IMG/VR virus record: IMGVR_UViG_3300023179_000011
Span: 1 to 64,000 of that record
DNA: 64,000 nt
Source of the DNA: a virus
Reading direction: 5' to 3' (one strand)
The position numbers and the translations under genes are program-made. The notes below the pieces were generated by a model. The model did not search any database. It was given only the letters and a program-made list of their open reading frames with translations, and had not been told where the DNA came from. Positions 47,498-58,442 of the stretch are shown piece by piece; position 1 is the stretch's first letter; each line of letters starts with the position of its first letter.

Positions 47498-50400
47498 TCA
47501 GTTACCTACAGCTACTTCCGGTTCGCTGTTGTCGGGTTCTGGCGTTGCCGGTATTTCTATTTCCGGCAGCATTTCGTACAGATCCATTGCCATATCAAGA
47601 ATCATGCGTTCTGGTACGTCGGGGCCGCCATAAATAATGCAGCGCACATGCGGTTCTGCCGGCTTGCCCGCGATGTGTTCGTGCAGCATCGCAAACGTAA
47701 CGCCAAAATGCGTGTCTTCTGGCAAACTGTCAATAAGCTCTTGCGGCAGCGAGCGATTGTATTTCATTACCTCGCGAGAGATGTAATTGATCTTATCGAG
47801 CATGTCCTTGTTCAGGTACTTGTATTTTTTGGTTTCAGCCATTGCTGTTAGCGTTTACGCGCCTGTTGTGCGTTGTGAAATTTGAGGATTGCGTCAGCGG
47901 CTTGCTTAGATTCTGCGTCGCTATAGCCTTCGAGCTTAAACCGCTCCTTGACGTACCGGTGTTCAACGGACGACCTATCCGGCTCAAACGTCGCGGATTG
48001 GTGCGGCATGTTTGCCGAACCTATAAATGCGGCAATGATTCCGATAATTAACATTACGATAAATACGGGGCCAAAACCGCCGCCGGAACTGTTGTTTTGC
48101 TTCATGCTTGTGCCTTTCTATGCGCTTTGTCCAGCGCGTCAATAGCTTTTGTTAGCTCTGGCATGCGCTCGTCGTCGTCGAACATGCCGTCGCCTTTTGT
48201 GTCGGACTCGTAGACCGTTCCGTCGCCGCAATCTGGATAGTCAGCGCGAAAATGGCCGTGACGTAACCGCAAATACCCCGCCTGTTCGCCGTTCTGATCA
48301 AACACGTCATATTGCTCTGGGCAGGCGCTGCACGTCATTCGCAGCGTGTAGCCTTTGATTTGCAGGTCGCAACGCTCGTCAAAGTTCGGGTCGTGCGTCG
48401 TCATTCGTTGGTCCTATGTCGCCGATGATGATGTTTGGAAACTGCTCTTGAAATTGCCGCTTCGTCCAGAAGATATCTTTATGCCCTTCGGCTGCCAGCT
48501 CCATGTCACTTTCCATCGGATAATGGCGCAAAACACGAAGCGCACGCTGTCTGATTTCTTTGGGCACTTTTGGCGTTTTCTTTGGGTCCAGCAGGTCGTA
48601 TAAGAATTCGCGCGCGTATTTAACAGCGCGGAATCTTTCGTCGGGCATAGTCATTTTTAATCTTCTTCCTCGTCTTCGTCGTTGCGGTAATAACCTTCGC
48701 TGGCGTCTACAAGTTCCATAACGCACGCCGAGTGTTCTACGATATTTTGCTCTTCAATCCAGTCAAGTGCTTGCGGTTGATGCGCAAACGGTCCGTGAAC
48801 TGAATAACCCATTTCAGGGTTGCCAACAACTGCTACCCATCTAGGCATTATGTTTCCTCTTTTGTTTCGTTTTCTAGTTCATCGCCTTTGCGGTTTTTCA
48901 CCGGTGTGAAGCCGTTTTTTTCGGCTTGCGCTGGCGACAAAGTGCGCAGCCAGTACCCGGTTGAGCACAGCTGCCCGCGCTCACCCGTGACTTCACAAAT
49001 CTTGTACGACATCGCCTCGGCCATGTTGCACACGCCAAACGTGAAATCGTCTCCGCCGTAACTGTACAGACGCAGCCCGCCAAACTTTTCTTTGATTTGG
49101 CTGAAACGAAACGGTGGGCATTCCGGTCTGTATTTGATGTGATTCTGAATTACGCTGCACGCGGTGTAAATCAAATCAAACCAGCCGTCGGAGCACTCGC
49201 AGCCAAAGCAAATTAGGGTTTCTGTTGGCGGCTTGTCATGATCTTTGAACAGCTCTGGGAATTTTGTAACAAGCCGATGTTCAAGTTCGTCTCTCATTTT
49301 TTCCGTCCTTGGGTTTACGTTTTTTAGCTGGTTTTTCTACCGCACGTTCAAATTTTAGCAGCAGGTCCACAATAGCGTCCTGCACGTCAAATGTCTTACC
49401 TAGCTCGTCAAACGCAGATGGTTCGCGTAAATATGGATCTTCTTTGCAGCCTTTAAACGCCGCGTTGTACTCGCGAATCAGCTCAACTTTACGCGCGCCA
49501 AGTGCCGTATTAACAACTCTGAGTGCTTCGTAAGCTAACTGCGCTTCTTGCGCTGTGAGTTTCATGTTATTCAGCCATCGCGACAACGCGCCGACTGTTT
49601 TTCTTTTCTGTTAAGATGGCTGGAGCAACGTGTTGGAGTTGCGAACCGGGGATCAGTGCTGCCATGTGCCTCAAGAACGTTTGCTCAAATTCGGCTTTGG
49701 TCAAATCTGAGTAGGTGCCCATGCTGCCTTTGTGATAAACCATTTCGCCGCGATAAAGCAGCTTTCCTTCTTTGGTCACTCTGCATTTCCACGAGCACAA
49801 ACAACCAGATCGCCGGTTCCACACTTCAAGACCAACTACGACGTCTTCTTTTCTGACGTATTTACCGCACTTGCTGACCGGTATTTCTAGCTCTTCGAGA
49901 TCCTGATCGTAGTGCGGGACAATGATATCTTTGGCGCTTTCCCATACATCAGGAATGCACGTGGCCATAAAAGCTGCGTGCTGCCGGGCAAGCTGGTCGT
50001 CTTTCTTTTTTTCTTTAGCTATCAGCTCATCGCAAATTTTTCTTTGCGCAGCAACAATTAAACCTAAAAGCTCATGGTTCTGTTGTTCCACTTTTGTCCT
50101 CAATGACGTCCCAGCCGATATGCCGAAAAACTCGCTGCGTCGCGCGAAAATCGTCGCCGTCGTCGAGTCCGGGTACTATCAGCACGAGAGTTTTGTTTTT
50201 CTTATCAATACGGAACGTGGTGCCAGATCTAGGAATTCCCCACACCGCGTCTTGCGCGGCAGCCGCTACGAGACCGCGGCACCACATCAGCACTGACTCA
50301 GACGGGTTATCAAGCTCAAAATTGTTATTGAGCGCTACCATCGGATTTCGTTTCTCCGGCGGTCAAGGGTTCAGTTTTAAAGTAGTTGTTAGCGACCGCG

Positions 50401-51476
50401 GACCTTAAATAGTCTCCTACCAAAAGGTCGTGACCAACTTCGATTTTTGCGAACTTGCGCAGCGTGTCTTCCGTGTATTCAGCGTCCATAACGAGCACGT
50501 CCGGCCACGAAGCTGCCTCTTCTGCGTACAGCTGGTCAGCGCCGTTAGCTTTGTATAGTTTTATTGCTTCGTTGCGGTAAAACTCTTCGGCTGCTGGTCC
50601 GCGTAAAATCTTGGACTCAACAGCGGTTTCGGCGCTGTCGTCATCGTCGTCGTGTGCCGCGGCTATATCGAGCGTACAAAGGCAGCCCGACAGCTGCGCG
50701 ATGATCGTCGATATAGTTTCATCGTCTTGATTCTCGCAAAAGCTGTTTGCAAATGCGCGCAGCAGCAGCTCCTCAATAAGCTCCGCAGTTACGGGTTCTT
50801 TGTTTGCAACCAGATACTGCAGCCGTAAATCTTCTCTGCTCATACAGAACTCGCTTCTGGTTTAGGATCGAGGCGTTTGTGAAGCTCGTCGCGCCATACA
50901 TATGCCTGCGACCCGCGGCCAAACTTGGTCGGGCAGTTGATATCAAAATCTCGGATCATGCTGGACAGCGCGTCGAGTCCGTAGATTCCGCGCATCTGGT
51001 TGACCGGTTTGCCGTCAGGCCCGGAGATGGTGTACTTCGGATTGCTGAAATCGCTCTCATAAATCGTGGTGCAGCGATCGACCATTTCTTGCGGTACGCC
51101 AACGTCCAAAAACGCCTGCGGCTCGAATATTGTGTGGCCGTCGCACATGTCTGCCGCGGCGAGAACGATGTGCGCGGGAATGTCGGTCCATTTGATTGTG
51201 TGGCCTTTAGTCATCTGTTTGCTCCTCGCATACGCTGTCATAGTTTTGCTCGTCGTCGCTGCTGAGCCCTTCGTATTCGGCAATGCAGCAGCCACACACA
51301 AGCCGATTGATCCATCGATGTGCGGCGTCTACCTCGATTTCTTCGCCGCATGCGGCGCACGGAATGATCGTGTCTTCTAGGTAGGCTAGCAGGTTTTCTT
51401 CATCCTGCAACGCCACGTCTTCGATCGTGTCGTGAATGGAATTCATGGTTTTCTCCAGCGCCCGGGCGGTAGCCAA
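47498..51476 (-). other. run of about 12 small early hypothetical CDSs
   Basis: ORFs 47498-47842, 47848-48105 (N-terminal TM helix), 48102-48404, about 48379-48654, 48657-48848, 48848-49297 (GWFDLI...QIKEKFGGLRLY family), 49281-49586, 49567-50103, 50072-50341, 50325-50843, 50840-51301 and 51207-51476. Confidence 0.55.
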
Positions 51477-51511
51477 AAACTACCGCCCGGGCAGAGACTT
51501 CGGTTTAGATA

Positions 51512-52135
51512 TCAGTCCCAGACGCGGATGACGGTGTTGTCCCGCGCAACCGTACGCTGGTACGTAATCCGATATGTGCCCGGCGGCAGCAGCCAGTCGC
51601 CGTGCTCCGGGTGCGTGATCGTATTGGCCTTGGTCAGCCGAAGAATTGGACCCGCAAACGTGAGCATTGCGATCGCGTCTTGCGCCGTTACCCTGTTCGA
51701 CGATGCGTTTGGGTTGGCCCGTTGTTCGGCCCGCTCCGATTCCTGCAGGCGCGGCCGCCAGTTCGGCTCCGCTGTGGAGATACCGCGCATCTCGGCCAGC
51801 TGCGCAAACATCTCGCGAGAGCCAGATTCCACTGGGCTGTAAACAGTTACGCCGTCGCCGTGCGCAAGGCAGTGCCGGCTGCCCTTGGTGTTGCCCTCAG
51901 CAAGCTGGAGCGGGAAGACCGGCTGCAGCGTGCGCGTGTAAAGCAACGGCGTTTCCGAAACGTCATCAATCTTCTGAATATAAATATCGCCCTGCCGGAC
52001 GGCGTCGCCTACGCTCGCCGCCTCGGGAAACTGCTGCTGGGCGTCGTTCTTAATCTTCTCAACAGCCGCGGCGGCGGCGCGAAGCCGAGCCACCGTGGCG
52101 TGCGAAACCGGGGCGTCAATAACAGCTGTACTCAT
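51512..52135 (-). CDS. RQGD/HxEH-motif protein (usual partner of DUF6745)
   Basis: VRQGDIYI; LAEG...SRHCL; ITHPEHGDWLLPPGTYRITYQR. Start placed at MSTAVI. Confidence 0.7.
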   Translation of the reverse strand: MSTAVIDAPVSHATVARLRAAAAAVEKIKNDAQQQFPEAASVGDAVRQGDIYIQKIDDVSETPLLYTRTLQPVFPLQLAEGNTKGSRHCLAHGDGVTVYSPVESGSREMFAQLAEMRGISTAEPNWRPRLQESERAEQRANPNASSNRVTAQDAIAMLTFAGPILRLTKANTITHPEHGDWLLPPGTYRITYQRTVARDNTVIRVWD

Positions 52136-52155
52136 GAAAAACTTCTTTGTGTGAT

Positions 52156-53586
52156 TTAAGATGCACCAATAACTCGAACCTGATGGGCGGCGTACGGAAC
52201 ACGCGAAGTAGTTCCGGCGTCGGCCATCCACCGCTGCGCTTCTACGCAGGTGTTAACATCACGCGGCACGCTGATGAAGTAACGCCGCCCGGTGGAGCGG
52301 CAGAACAACACCATTCGATTTTGACCGGCGTTGTTTTCATGCCCCCGCGGCGGACCAACCAGCATCTCGGTCGTGTTATCAATATCGTTAACACGACTAT
52401 CGAGAACCGGGCAGTCTGCCTCGGCAATAAATCGATCCCAGCCAAACTTTTCGATAGCAAGCCGGCGTGTTTCTTCGTTACGAATGCGCATGATGTGCGC
52501 TGTCGACAGCCGCTCAGGCTTTTCGACAATCGTACGGCCACCTTCGTTCATAAAGTGCCCGTCGTTGAACCACAGCTTTACGCCGTCAGCCCACTGTACG
52601 GCCGGCCCAGTCGTGCTGTGCAGGTTGTCAGACTCGTTCAACTCGATACGCGGACGATCGGCAAGAATAATGCACGACGTCTGAAACGCGGCAAACGCCG
52701 TGCAATGATGGAACACTTCGTGCTCCCATGTCGTTGCCGGGTCGTCGATCTTCAACATCTTGCACAGAATTTCGGCGTCGAGGGCCTGCGGTACGCTGCC
52801 AAGAAACACGTTGTCGTTAGAAATTGAATTAGCCGGATTGATTAATTCATTCAGTGACATAGCGCGATTCAGCTCGCCAATTGACCCCGCAGTCGAACTG
52901 CTGTCAAAAATAATTTTGTTGCTAATTTCAGCTATTTTCTTTGTACTTTTTAACACTTCATTGTTGCGGATTGTTCCGTCCCAGCTACGAAAACTTTCTG
53001 TGATCGATTCGAGGCCGACGGTGTCGTTAAGCACGGATCGGAAAATTTCGACTGTGGCGGTCAAGTGGTTTGTCTTGTACATGACAACATCTTCTAAGCC
53101 CTCGCCGCGGTTTCTCCACCATCGCCGCGATAACCCAAAAGAATTAGCTACAAGCTTTTCGTTGGACATATACTCTTCGCGAATTGCTCGCAACCACGTT
53201 CGGGTAAACTCGTTGTTCTGCATGTTGCTCCACCAGCGCCGGCGATCGCTATTCCAGCCGAGCAACGAGTCTTTACGCAGCGGGCGAAGAAACGCGCTAT
53301 CGATTTCAAGCTGCTGGCACAGCTCTTTTGCGTATGTCTTTGTCATCCGGCCGCGTACTACAGCCATTGAAATCATGAACGTGACTGGAGACGCAGCTAC
53401 GTGAAAAGTTACTTGGCTTTTCTTATAGCGGTCTGAACGAAACGAACCTAAACCGCCTTCGTAACCAGCGCGAAGTATTTCTGCGGCTTTATTGTGATTT
53501 GGCTGGCCTGTGTGAATAGTCTCAAGCCAGCGATTGATCGTGTTTTCAACAATGGTTCGAGTTGCTTTGGAGATTTTGGACTTCAT
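52156..53586 (-). CDS. DUF6745-domain protein
   Basis: LHSTTGPAVQWADGVKLWFNDG; IRNEETRRLAIEKFGWDRF; CRSTGRRYFISVP...AQRW. Start placed at MKSKISK. Confidence 0.7.
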   Translation of the reverse strand: MKSKISKATRTIVENTINRWLETIHTGQPNHNKAAEILRAGYEGGLGSFRSDRYKKSQVTFHVAASPVTFMISMAVVRGRMTKTYAKELCQQLEIDSAFLRPLRKDSLLGWNSDRRRWWSNMQNNEFTRTWLRAIREEYMSNEKLVANSFGLSRRWWRNRGEGLEDVVMYKTNHLTATVEIFRSVLNDTVGLESITESFRSWDGTIRNNEVLKSTKKIAEISNKIIFDSSSTAGSIGELNRAMSLNELINPANSISNDNVFLGSVPQALDAEILCKMLKIDDPATTWEHEVFHHCTAFAAFQTSCIILADRPRIELNESDNLHSTTGPAVQWADGVKLWFNDGHFMNEGGRTIVEKPERLSTAHIMRIRNEETRRLAIEKFGWDRFIAEADCPVLDSRVNDIDNTTEMLVGPPRGHENNAGQNRMVLFCRSTGRRYFISVPRDVNTCVEAQRWMADAGTTSRVPYAAHQVRVIGAS

Positions 53587-53587
53587 G

Positions 53588-54043
53588 TTAGGTAGTGGTT
53601 GCCATGACGGGGTCAATAAACCCACAGTTCAGCGTGCTGTCGGTCAGCACAATTTCAAAGGTTTCAAAGTGGTCGCAGTTGTGTACCCAGCTGCGTGGAA
53701 TATTAATTACTTCAGCAAAGTCGTCGCCGCCAACTAGTTCGCGGCTATTTTCGTAGTATTTGTCATCTGTATTTGGGTTGCAGTGTTCAGCGTACACAAC
53801 GTGTGCGCCGCTAGCGACACTCTCAACGTCTCGCGGAATACCGTTGCTCATGAGATATACGCCGCGGTCGTGCACAAACACTAATCCGGGGCCGACGGGC
53901 GTGCGCGTTTCCGGCGGCTCTAATCCAAGCTCGCGAAACTGCTCGTCCGTCATGTTCTCGTGGCCCATATCAAACTCTGTCGCGGCGTATGCGTGCTCAA
54001 GGCAGCGCTTTACTTCCGCGGCTTTAAACCGTAACACTGGCAT
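53588..54043 (-). CDS. DUF3085-like protein
   Basis: LVFVHDRGVYLMSNG...YAEHCNP...GGDDFAE. Confidence 0.7.
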   Translation of the reverse strand: MPVLRFKAAEVKRCLEHAYAATEFDMGHENMTDEQFRELGLEPPETRTPVGPGLVFVHDRGVYLMSNGIPRDVESVASGAHVVYAEHCNPNTDDKYYENSRELVGGDDFAEVINIPRSWVHNCDHFETFEIVLTDSTLNCGFIDPVMATTT

Positions 54044-54398
54044 CGTCTAGCTCCTTCTCTAGGTTTTTACCTCTACCAAACATCCACGAGTCGCCGTCTT
54101 CTGGTTGAATGCGGCGCAGCCAGTCTGCCACGCTTGGGATGCGGCCAAGGTCTTCGTTGACGTGCTGTTCGCCGATATACCGTACCGGCACGACGCGCCC
54201 GTCAGAATTAGTGATTACTTTTCCGAAGATCTGTTCTGATAAGAAAATACCTTCGGAGTGATGCCGCAGCGCTCGGTGACGAAAGTCCGCCATGTGCGCC
54301 TTGGATCCATCAAACCATTCGTGGATTGCGAGATAATCGTCTACCTCGCCGCCCCACTTGCGCACTGACGACAGCGCGTGATGGTACGGATGTGCCAC
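54024..54398 (-). CDS. DUF6915-like protein
   Basis: HPYHHALSSVRKWGG...IHEWFD.SK...RHRALRHHSEG...VRYIGEQHV.ED; GTG start after GGAG. Confidence 0.75.
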   Translation of the reverse strand: MAHPYHHALSSVRKWGGEVDDYLAIHEWFDGSKAHMADFRHRALRHHSEGIFLSEQIFGKVITNSDGRVVPVRYIGEQHVNEDLGRIPSVADWLRRIQPEDGDSWMFGRGKNLEKELDDASVTV

Positions 54399-54400
54399 AG

Positions 54401-54634
54401 TTACTCCACTACAGTTGCTGACGACCATACGAAACGCTCAAACAACCAATCTGGTCCGTCGTACTCGTCGAAGACAACAAACGGCGCCTCGTAACCCTCA
54501 GCGGTGGCGGCGTTAATTGCATCTTCATAGTGACCGCCGTCGTTGTAGTCCGGGTCGGTGCACCTGACTTTACAGAAGTAAAAATCCGGTTCGCCGGCCG
54601 CGTTGTGCGCGGCTACGACGCATTTGATGTCCAT
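54401..54634 (-). CDS. small protein, paralog A
   Basis: KCVVA...GEPDFYFC...VVFDEYDGPDWLF. Confidence 0.7.
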   Translation of the reverse strand: MDIKCVVAAHNAAGEPDFYFCKVRCTDPDYNDGGHYEDAINAATAEGYEAPFVVFDEYDGPDWLFERFVWSSATVVE

Positions 54635-55024
54635 CTAGCTCCTCGTTGCTTTTTCGATGGTAGCAATCGCGTGGTCGATAACGAGTGTCGTATCGTTTTC
54701 TGCCTCGTCGTCTGGATACAGTCGCTCGTATAGCGCAATTAGTTCGTCTTTGGTGTTACGCAACGCTTCCAGTAGTTCTGGCGCCGCGGCTATTAAACGC
54801 CCGTTAGCGCGGTCTTCGTCTGTGATGACTTCAGCGCCGTATCCGTCGTCTGCAGTATCGTCAAACGTATTGCACGTCCACGCAATAACGCGTCTGCCGC
54901 CAGACGCGACAATTTCTTCAGCTTCGGCTTCGTTACCAGAGTCGCCGCCGACTTCCCACGGTCCGGGTGTGTGCATTGCTAGTCGTCGTCTCCGGCGGCC
55001 CGAACAGTTGTAGCCGTGTGCCAC
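54635..55024 (-). CDS. hypothetical phage protein
   Basis: HTPGPW...ANGRLIAAAPELLEAL motif; the true start is probably MHTPGPW. Confidence 0.7.
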   Translation of the reverse strand: MAHGYNCSGRRRRRLAMHTPGPWEVGGDSGNEAEAEEIVASGGRRVIAWTCNTFDDTADDGYGAEVITDEDRANGRLIAAAPELLEALRNTKDELIALYERLYPDDEAENDTTLVIDHAIATIEKATRS

Positions 55025-55236
55025 GCAAAATACTTAAACAACCAATCTGGGCCGTCAAACTCGTCAAACACAACCATATTGTCTGGTTCAAAGCCGCTGT
55101 TCGCCTCGGCTTCTGCCTCTGCGGTGGCGCAATGGTCGCGGCTATCAAACTCTTCTTTTGTGCATTCGACGTTACAGAAATAAAAATCGGGTTCGCCGGC
55201 AAGTGTGTAACCAGCGACAACACATTTAACAATCAT
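54979..55236 (-). CDS. small protein, paralog B
   Basis: KCVVA...GEPDFYFC...VVFDEFDGPDWLF. Confidence 0.7.
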   Translation of the reverse strand: MIVKCVVAGYTLAGEPDFYFCNVECTKEEFDSRDHCATAEAEAEANSGFEPDNMVVFDEFDGPDWLFKYFAWHTATTVRAAGDDD

Positions 55237-55238
55237 TT

Positions 55239-55493
55239 TTACTCGCTTGTGTACAAGTCAAGCACAGAGGTTAGATCGCTGTGCGTAGCGGACCAGTCCA
55301 TTTTTTCTTCGGCTATTTCGGCCGAGCGTTCCCAGTCAGCGTCGTCGGATCTGTCGAACATATCGGCGCTCCACCAAGCCAGAATGACGCTTTTGACGCC
55401 TTTTTTCTTTGCGCGTTCTAAATTGTCAATAGCTTCGTCGATGGTCATGTCACCACTCATTTTCCGTGGTGTTTGTTTCCATGATGCGCTCAT
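55239..55493 (-). CDS. hypothetical protein
   Basis: 84 aa colinear ORF. Confidence 0.5.
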   Translation of the reverse strand: MSASWKQTPRKMSGDMTIDEAIDNLERAKKKGVKSVILAWWSADMFDRSDDADWERSAEIAEEKMDWSATHSDLTSVLDLYTSE

Positions 55494-55893
55494 TGTGCTG
55501 CTGCTTGATCTTGCATTTGAGCGTGTCGATCTCTATCTCGCCGAAGCTGCCTTCGTTGATCTCCCAGCCGCCCGGCAGCAAATGCCAAAGTGTTTCTGTG
55601 AACTCTTCGAGTTTTTCTGGCGAAATAATCGGCGTTGGGTTAGGTCCGCTCGGCTCTACATGCAGCCGTTTAAAGTCACTGAGATACATTCGCCGGCCGT
55701 TCGTCGCTGTATCCATGGCGTCTTGATCGTTTTCTGCCACTGGGTCACAAAACCAGAAGCAAATTTCTTGAAAGTCGCCGGAGTCGCCGCTGCCGTCATA
55801 TGACGCAACCACCCGTGTCACGCCAACGGCAGTAAATAGCGGACAGATTTCTTTGAGCGTTTCAATCGGCGTTTTGACTTTGGTTTTTGCCAT
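55450..55893 (-). CDS. DUF6878-like protein
   Basis: VVASYDGSGDSG...GWEINEGSFG; start placed at MAKTK. Confidence 0.7.
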   Translation of the reverse strand: MAKTKVKTPIETLKEICPLFTAVGVTRVVASYDGSGDSGDFQEICFWFCDPVAENDQDAMDTATNGRRMYLSDFKRLHVEPSGPNPTPIISPEKLEEFTETLWHLLPGGWEINEGSFGEIEIDTLKCKIKQQHNERIMETNTTENEW

Positions 55894-55894
55894 G

Positions 55895-56625
55895 TTAGTA
55901 GGACGCGTACACCGTACAGGGTTTACCGGTTTTCTTTTCCTTTTCTTCAGCAAGCGCGACAAAATTTTGAAACGACTCGACCACTCGGTCCGCAAGATCT
56001 GACTGGTCGCCGTATAGCCGCGCTTGCCTCTCACGCACGGCCTCTTCGACAGTCATTGGTCTAGTTGTGTCGCTTCTGATGTTTCCGCCCTCCACAACTT
56101 CGGCGCCGGTTGACTGCACCATATTCAAAAACATTTTAGCCAGCTGATGGCCTGCAGCTGTCATCGCGGGCTCTGTAACACGCGTCAGCCGCTCTCGCAT
56201 GATTGCGGCTGGAATTTCCGCGCGGCAGTCGTCGGCCTCGAACGCTTCACGAACAAGAATTCGTGTGGCATATGGGCCTCCGTGATACGCCTCGCGGAGA
56301 TAGCCGACGTGGCCCGACGTGGTAGAGAAGCCGGTGGCTTGCGCTTCCTTTTCTTCTTCTTTCATTCCGTCCCACTCCAGATAGATATCAATACCCATTA
56401 CTTGTCTCTCCTCTTCTTGCAGTTGAGGGCGGCGGTCATGTCAGACTTTTTGGCGTCACTCATGTCAATTGAGCAACTGGCGTTTTTGTGCACAAGTACG
56501 ACTTTTTTATCCGGCTTTTTGATGTCGGCTAGTACGGCCGCGGTCTCGGCGGCACCCTCGTCAGAGGCTTCGATTACGTACGTTTCTGCGTGAGTTCGAG
56601 AAATGCGAACATGGAAATAAGGCAT
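55895..56625 (-). other. two hypothetical CDSs (55895-56398, 56398-56625)
   Basis: MGIDIYL...GYLREAYHG family ORF plus a 75 aa ORF; stop/start overlap. Confidence 0.6.
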
Positions 56626-56637
56626 TGTGTCCTCGTT

Positions 56638-56681
56638 AAATAAAGAGAGGGCGCCGGGAGAACTAACCCCCGGCGCCCTCT
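56638..56681 (-). terminator. intrinsic terminator
   Basis: 13-bp stem AGAGGGCGCCGGG/CCCGGCGCCCTCT followed by CTTTATT on the minus strand. Confidence 0.7.
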
Positions 56682-56713
56682 ACAACTAGCTGTTGTTAAT
56701 TACTGCCGGCAGT

Positions 56714-57025
56714 TCACTGGCAGCAGCAGCCGCGGCAGCCGCGAGCGCGAACCACACGGGCCGGCGCCGTCACAACGCGTACCGGAACCTCAACGACCGC
56801 GCTAGTGACCGTACGCGTCCGTTCGATCGTCCGACCGAACAGGCCAGCGCGGCACGCGCCGCGGCACGAGCTTTCCGTGCAACAGGTGCCATTGGCGCAC
56901 GCGGGCTCAGCCGCAATCGCCGGGGCGGCGGGCTGCACCAGCACGCTCTTCGGCTCACCGGCGTCGCCGGCAAACGCAACGGACGAAACGAACGCAAGGA
57001 CCACAGCCGCAAAACAAGACTTCAT
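56714..57025 (-). CDS. secreted Cys-rich small protein
   Basis: Signal peptide MKSCFAAVVLAFVSSVAFA; CANGTCC...CRGAC; terminal GCRGCCCQ; AAGGAG RBS. Confidence 0.75.
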   Translation of the reverse strand: MKSCFAAVVLAFVSSVAFAGDAGEPKSVLVQPAAPAIAAEPACANGTCCTESSCRGACRAGLFGRTIERTRTVTSAVVEVPVRVVTAPARVVRARGCRGCCCQ

Positions 57026-57169
57026 GTCAATCTCCTTGAACTACCGAACACATATCACCGCACGCGCGGCGATAACCTGCTCAGCGATACTCTCTGTATA
57101 GCTGAACAGGATTTTGTTGCAACCCCAAAACCCAAAAGGGAATCTGGGGAGTTTTGTAAAAATGCGTAA

Positions 57170-57439
57170 TTATTCACGCACTACATGCACGTTGTACCAG
57201 AACATTTTGTCGTTGAGCCATTTGGCCTCGGCGGCGAGCGCGTCTGCGCGCGATTCAAAATTGCGCAAAAACGGCCCGCCGACTGGCGATAAGTCTGCAA
57301 TCCACTGTCCCGGAATTGTCGGGTCAGGCTCAACATGACTGGCACGTTTGATATCAAGCTCACCCAGCGCTTTTAAATTGATCTCTTCGCCATAGAGACA
57401 CTGCGCTGAGCCGTTTGGGCGAATGTATAGTTGCAGCAT
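57170..57439 (-). CDS. hypothetical protein (often found with DUF1257/AAA clusters)
   Basis: IRPNG..QCLYGEEI.L..LG.L.I.RASHVEP...W.ADL.PV.GP.L..F..R..AL.AE..WL pattern. Confidence 0.65.
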   Translation of the reverse strand: MLQLYIRPNGSAQCLYGEEINLKALGELDIKRASHVEPDPTIPGQWIADLSPVGGPFLRNFESRADALAAEAKWLNDKMFWYNVHVVRE

Positions 57440-57440
57440 G

Positions 57441-58442
57441 CTACATCGACAACAAACGGCGGGACGGTACCAACTCGTTCATATTGACCGGTCGCGGCAT
57501 TTGCGCCGCAGTAGTTGGCGTGTAAAGATTTTGTCGCCGCCGTTCTGAACGCGACACGTTGTACGCAGCAAATTGCGTAATGTTTTCAATTATGGCGCCA
57601 GCAAACAACGAGTCTTCGTGTGTTTCCGCGCGCTCGTATCGTTGACTGTTTTGTTCGTATGCCGGCCTGAACATAATCCGACCGCCGGCTGCAACCGCGT
57701 GTCCCGTGAAAGAAATCAACGCGTTTAGCTGCTCGACATTAACAATAATCGCGTAATCAAGCACCTTCAAACGCGACAACTCAAATGTCGGATCATCCGG
57801 CTCGCGCGAGTAAATAGACACCTGCACAAGTTTGCTGCCGACTACTTGTGCTTTACCGGCAACAGTAACCCAACCAGTAATTGCTGAGTTGCTAACCTGC
57901 GCTTCGCCGCCTATGTAGGCTTGCCCGTCCAGTGATGTTTGAATTGCAATAGCGCGTCCCGAAATTCCGCTGTTTCCGCGTAAAGTGCAATTGATGACGC
58001 GGGCGTTATCGCGTACAAAAGCGTGCCCGTAAGCAGTCGTCGAGCCAGAAACGATGCCGCCGTAAATTTTTGCGTCGTTGCAGATCTGACAATTATCGCC
58101 AACACTGGCGCGACCGCTGATCCACGCATTTTGGTTCAACTGCACGTTGCCGCTTACATGCGCGTAACCACAAACATGTGCGCGGTGGTTTACTCGCACC
58201 CGACCGTCTATTTGCGCGCTGTGATAAACCTGCGCAAATTTGTTTACAAACACAGAGTCAGCCACTTTCGCCGTGTCGGCAACCCAGCCGTTTCCGTTAA
58301 CGTGGCGATGCGCGAATACGCGACCGTTGCCGTCTTTAAAATCATGCTTTGACGCCCGCTTCTTTTTTGGTTTAACCTCGGGCATCACAGCTATTGGCGC
58401 GTCCAGTACGCCGATAGCACCGTCTTTCTGTTCCTCCATCAC
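57441..58442 (-). CDS. left-handed beta-helix (hexapeptide-like repeat) protein
   Basis: GWVADTAKVADSVFVNKFAQVYHSAQIDGRVRVNHRAHVCGYAHVSGN-type repeats. Confidence 0.75.
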   Translation of the reverse strand: MMEEQKDGAIGVLDAPIAVMPEVKPKKKRASKHDFKDGNGRVFAHRHVNGNGWVADTAKVADSVFVNKFAQVYHSAQIDGRVRVNHRAHVCGYAHVSGNVQLNQNAWISGRASVGDNCQICNDAKIYGGIVSGSTTAYGHAFVRDNARVINCTLRGNSGISGRAIAIQTSLDGQAYIGGEAQVSNSAITGWVTVAGKAQVVGSKLVQVSIYSREPDDPTFELSRLKVLDYAIIVNVEQLNALISFTGHAVAAGGRIMFRPAYEQNSQRYERAETHEDSLFAGAIIENITQFAAYNVSRSERRRQNLYTPTTAAQMPRPVNMNELVPSRRLLSM

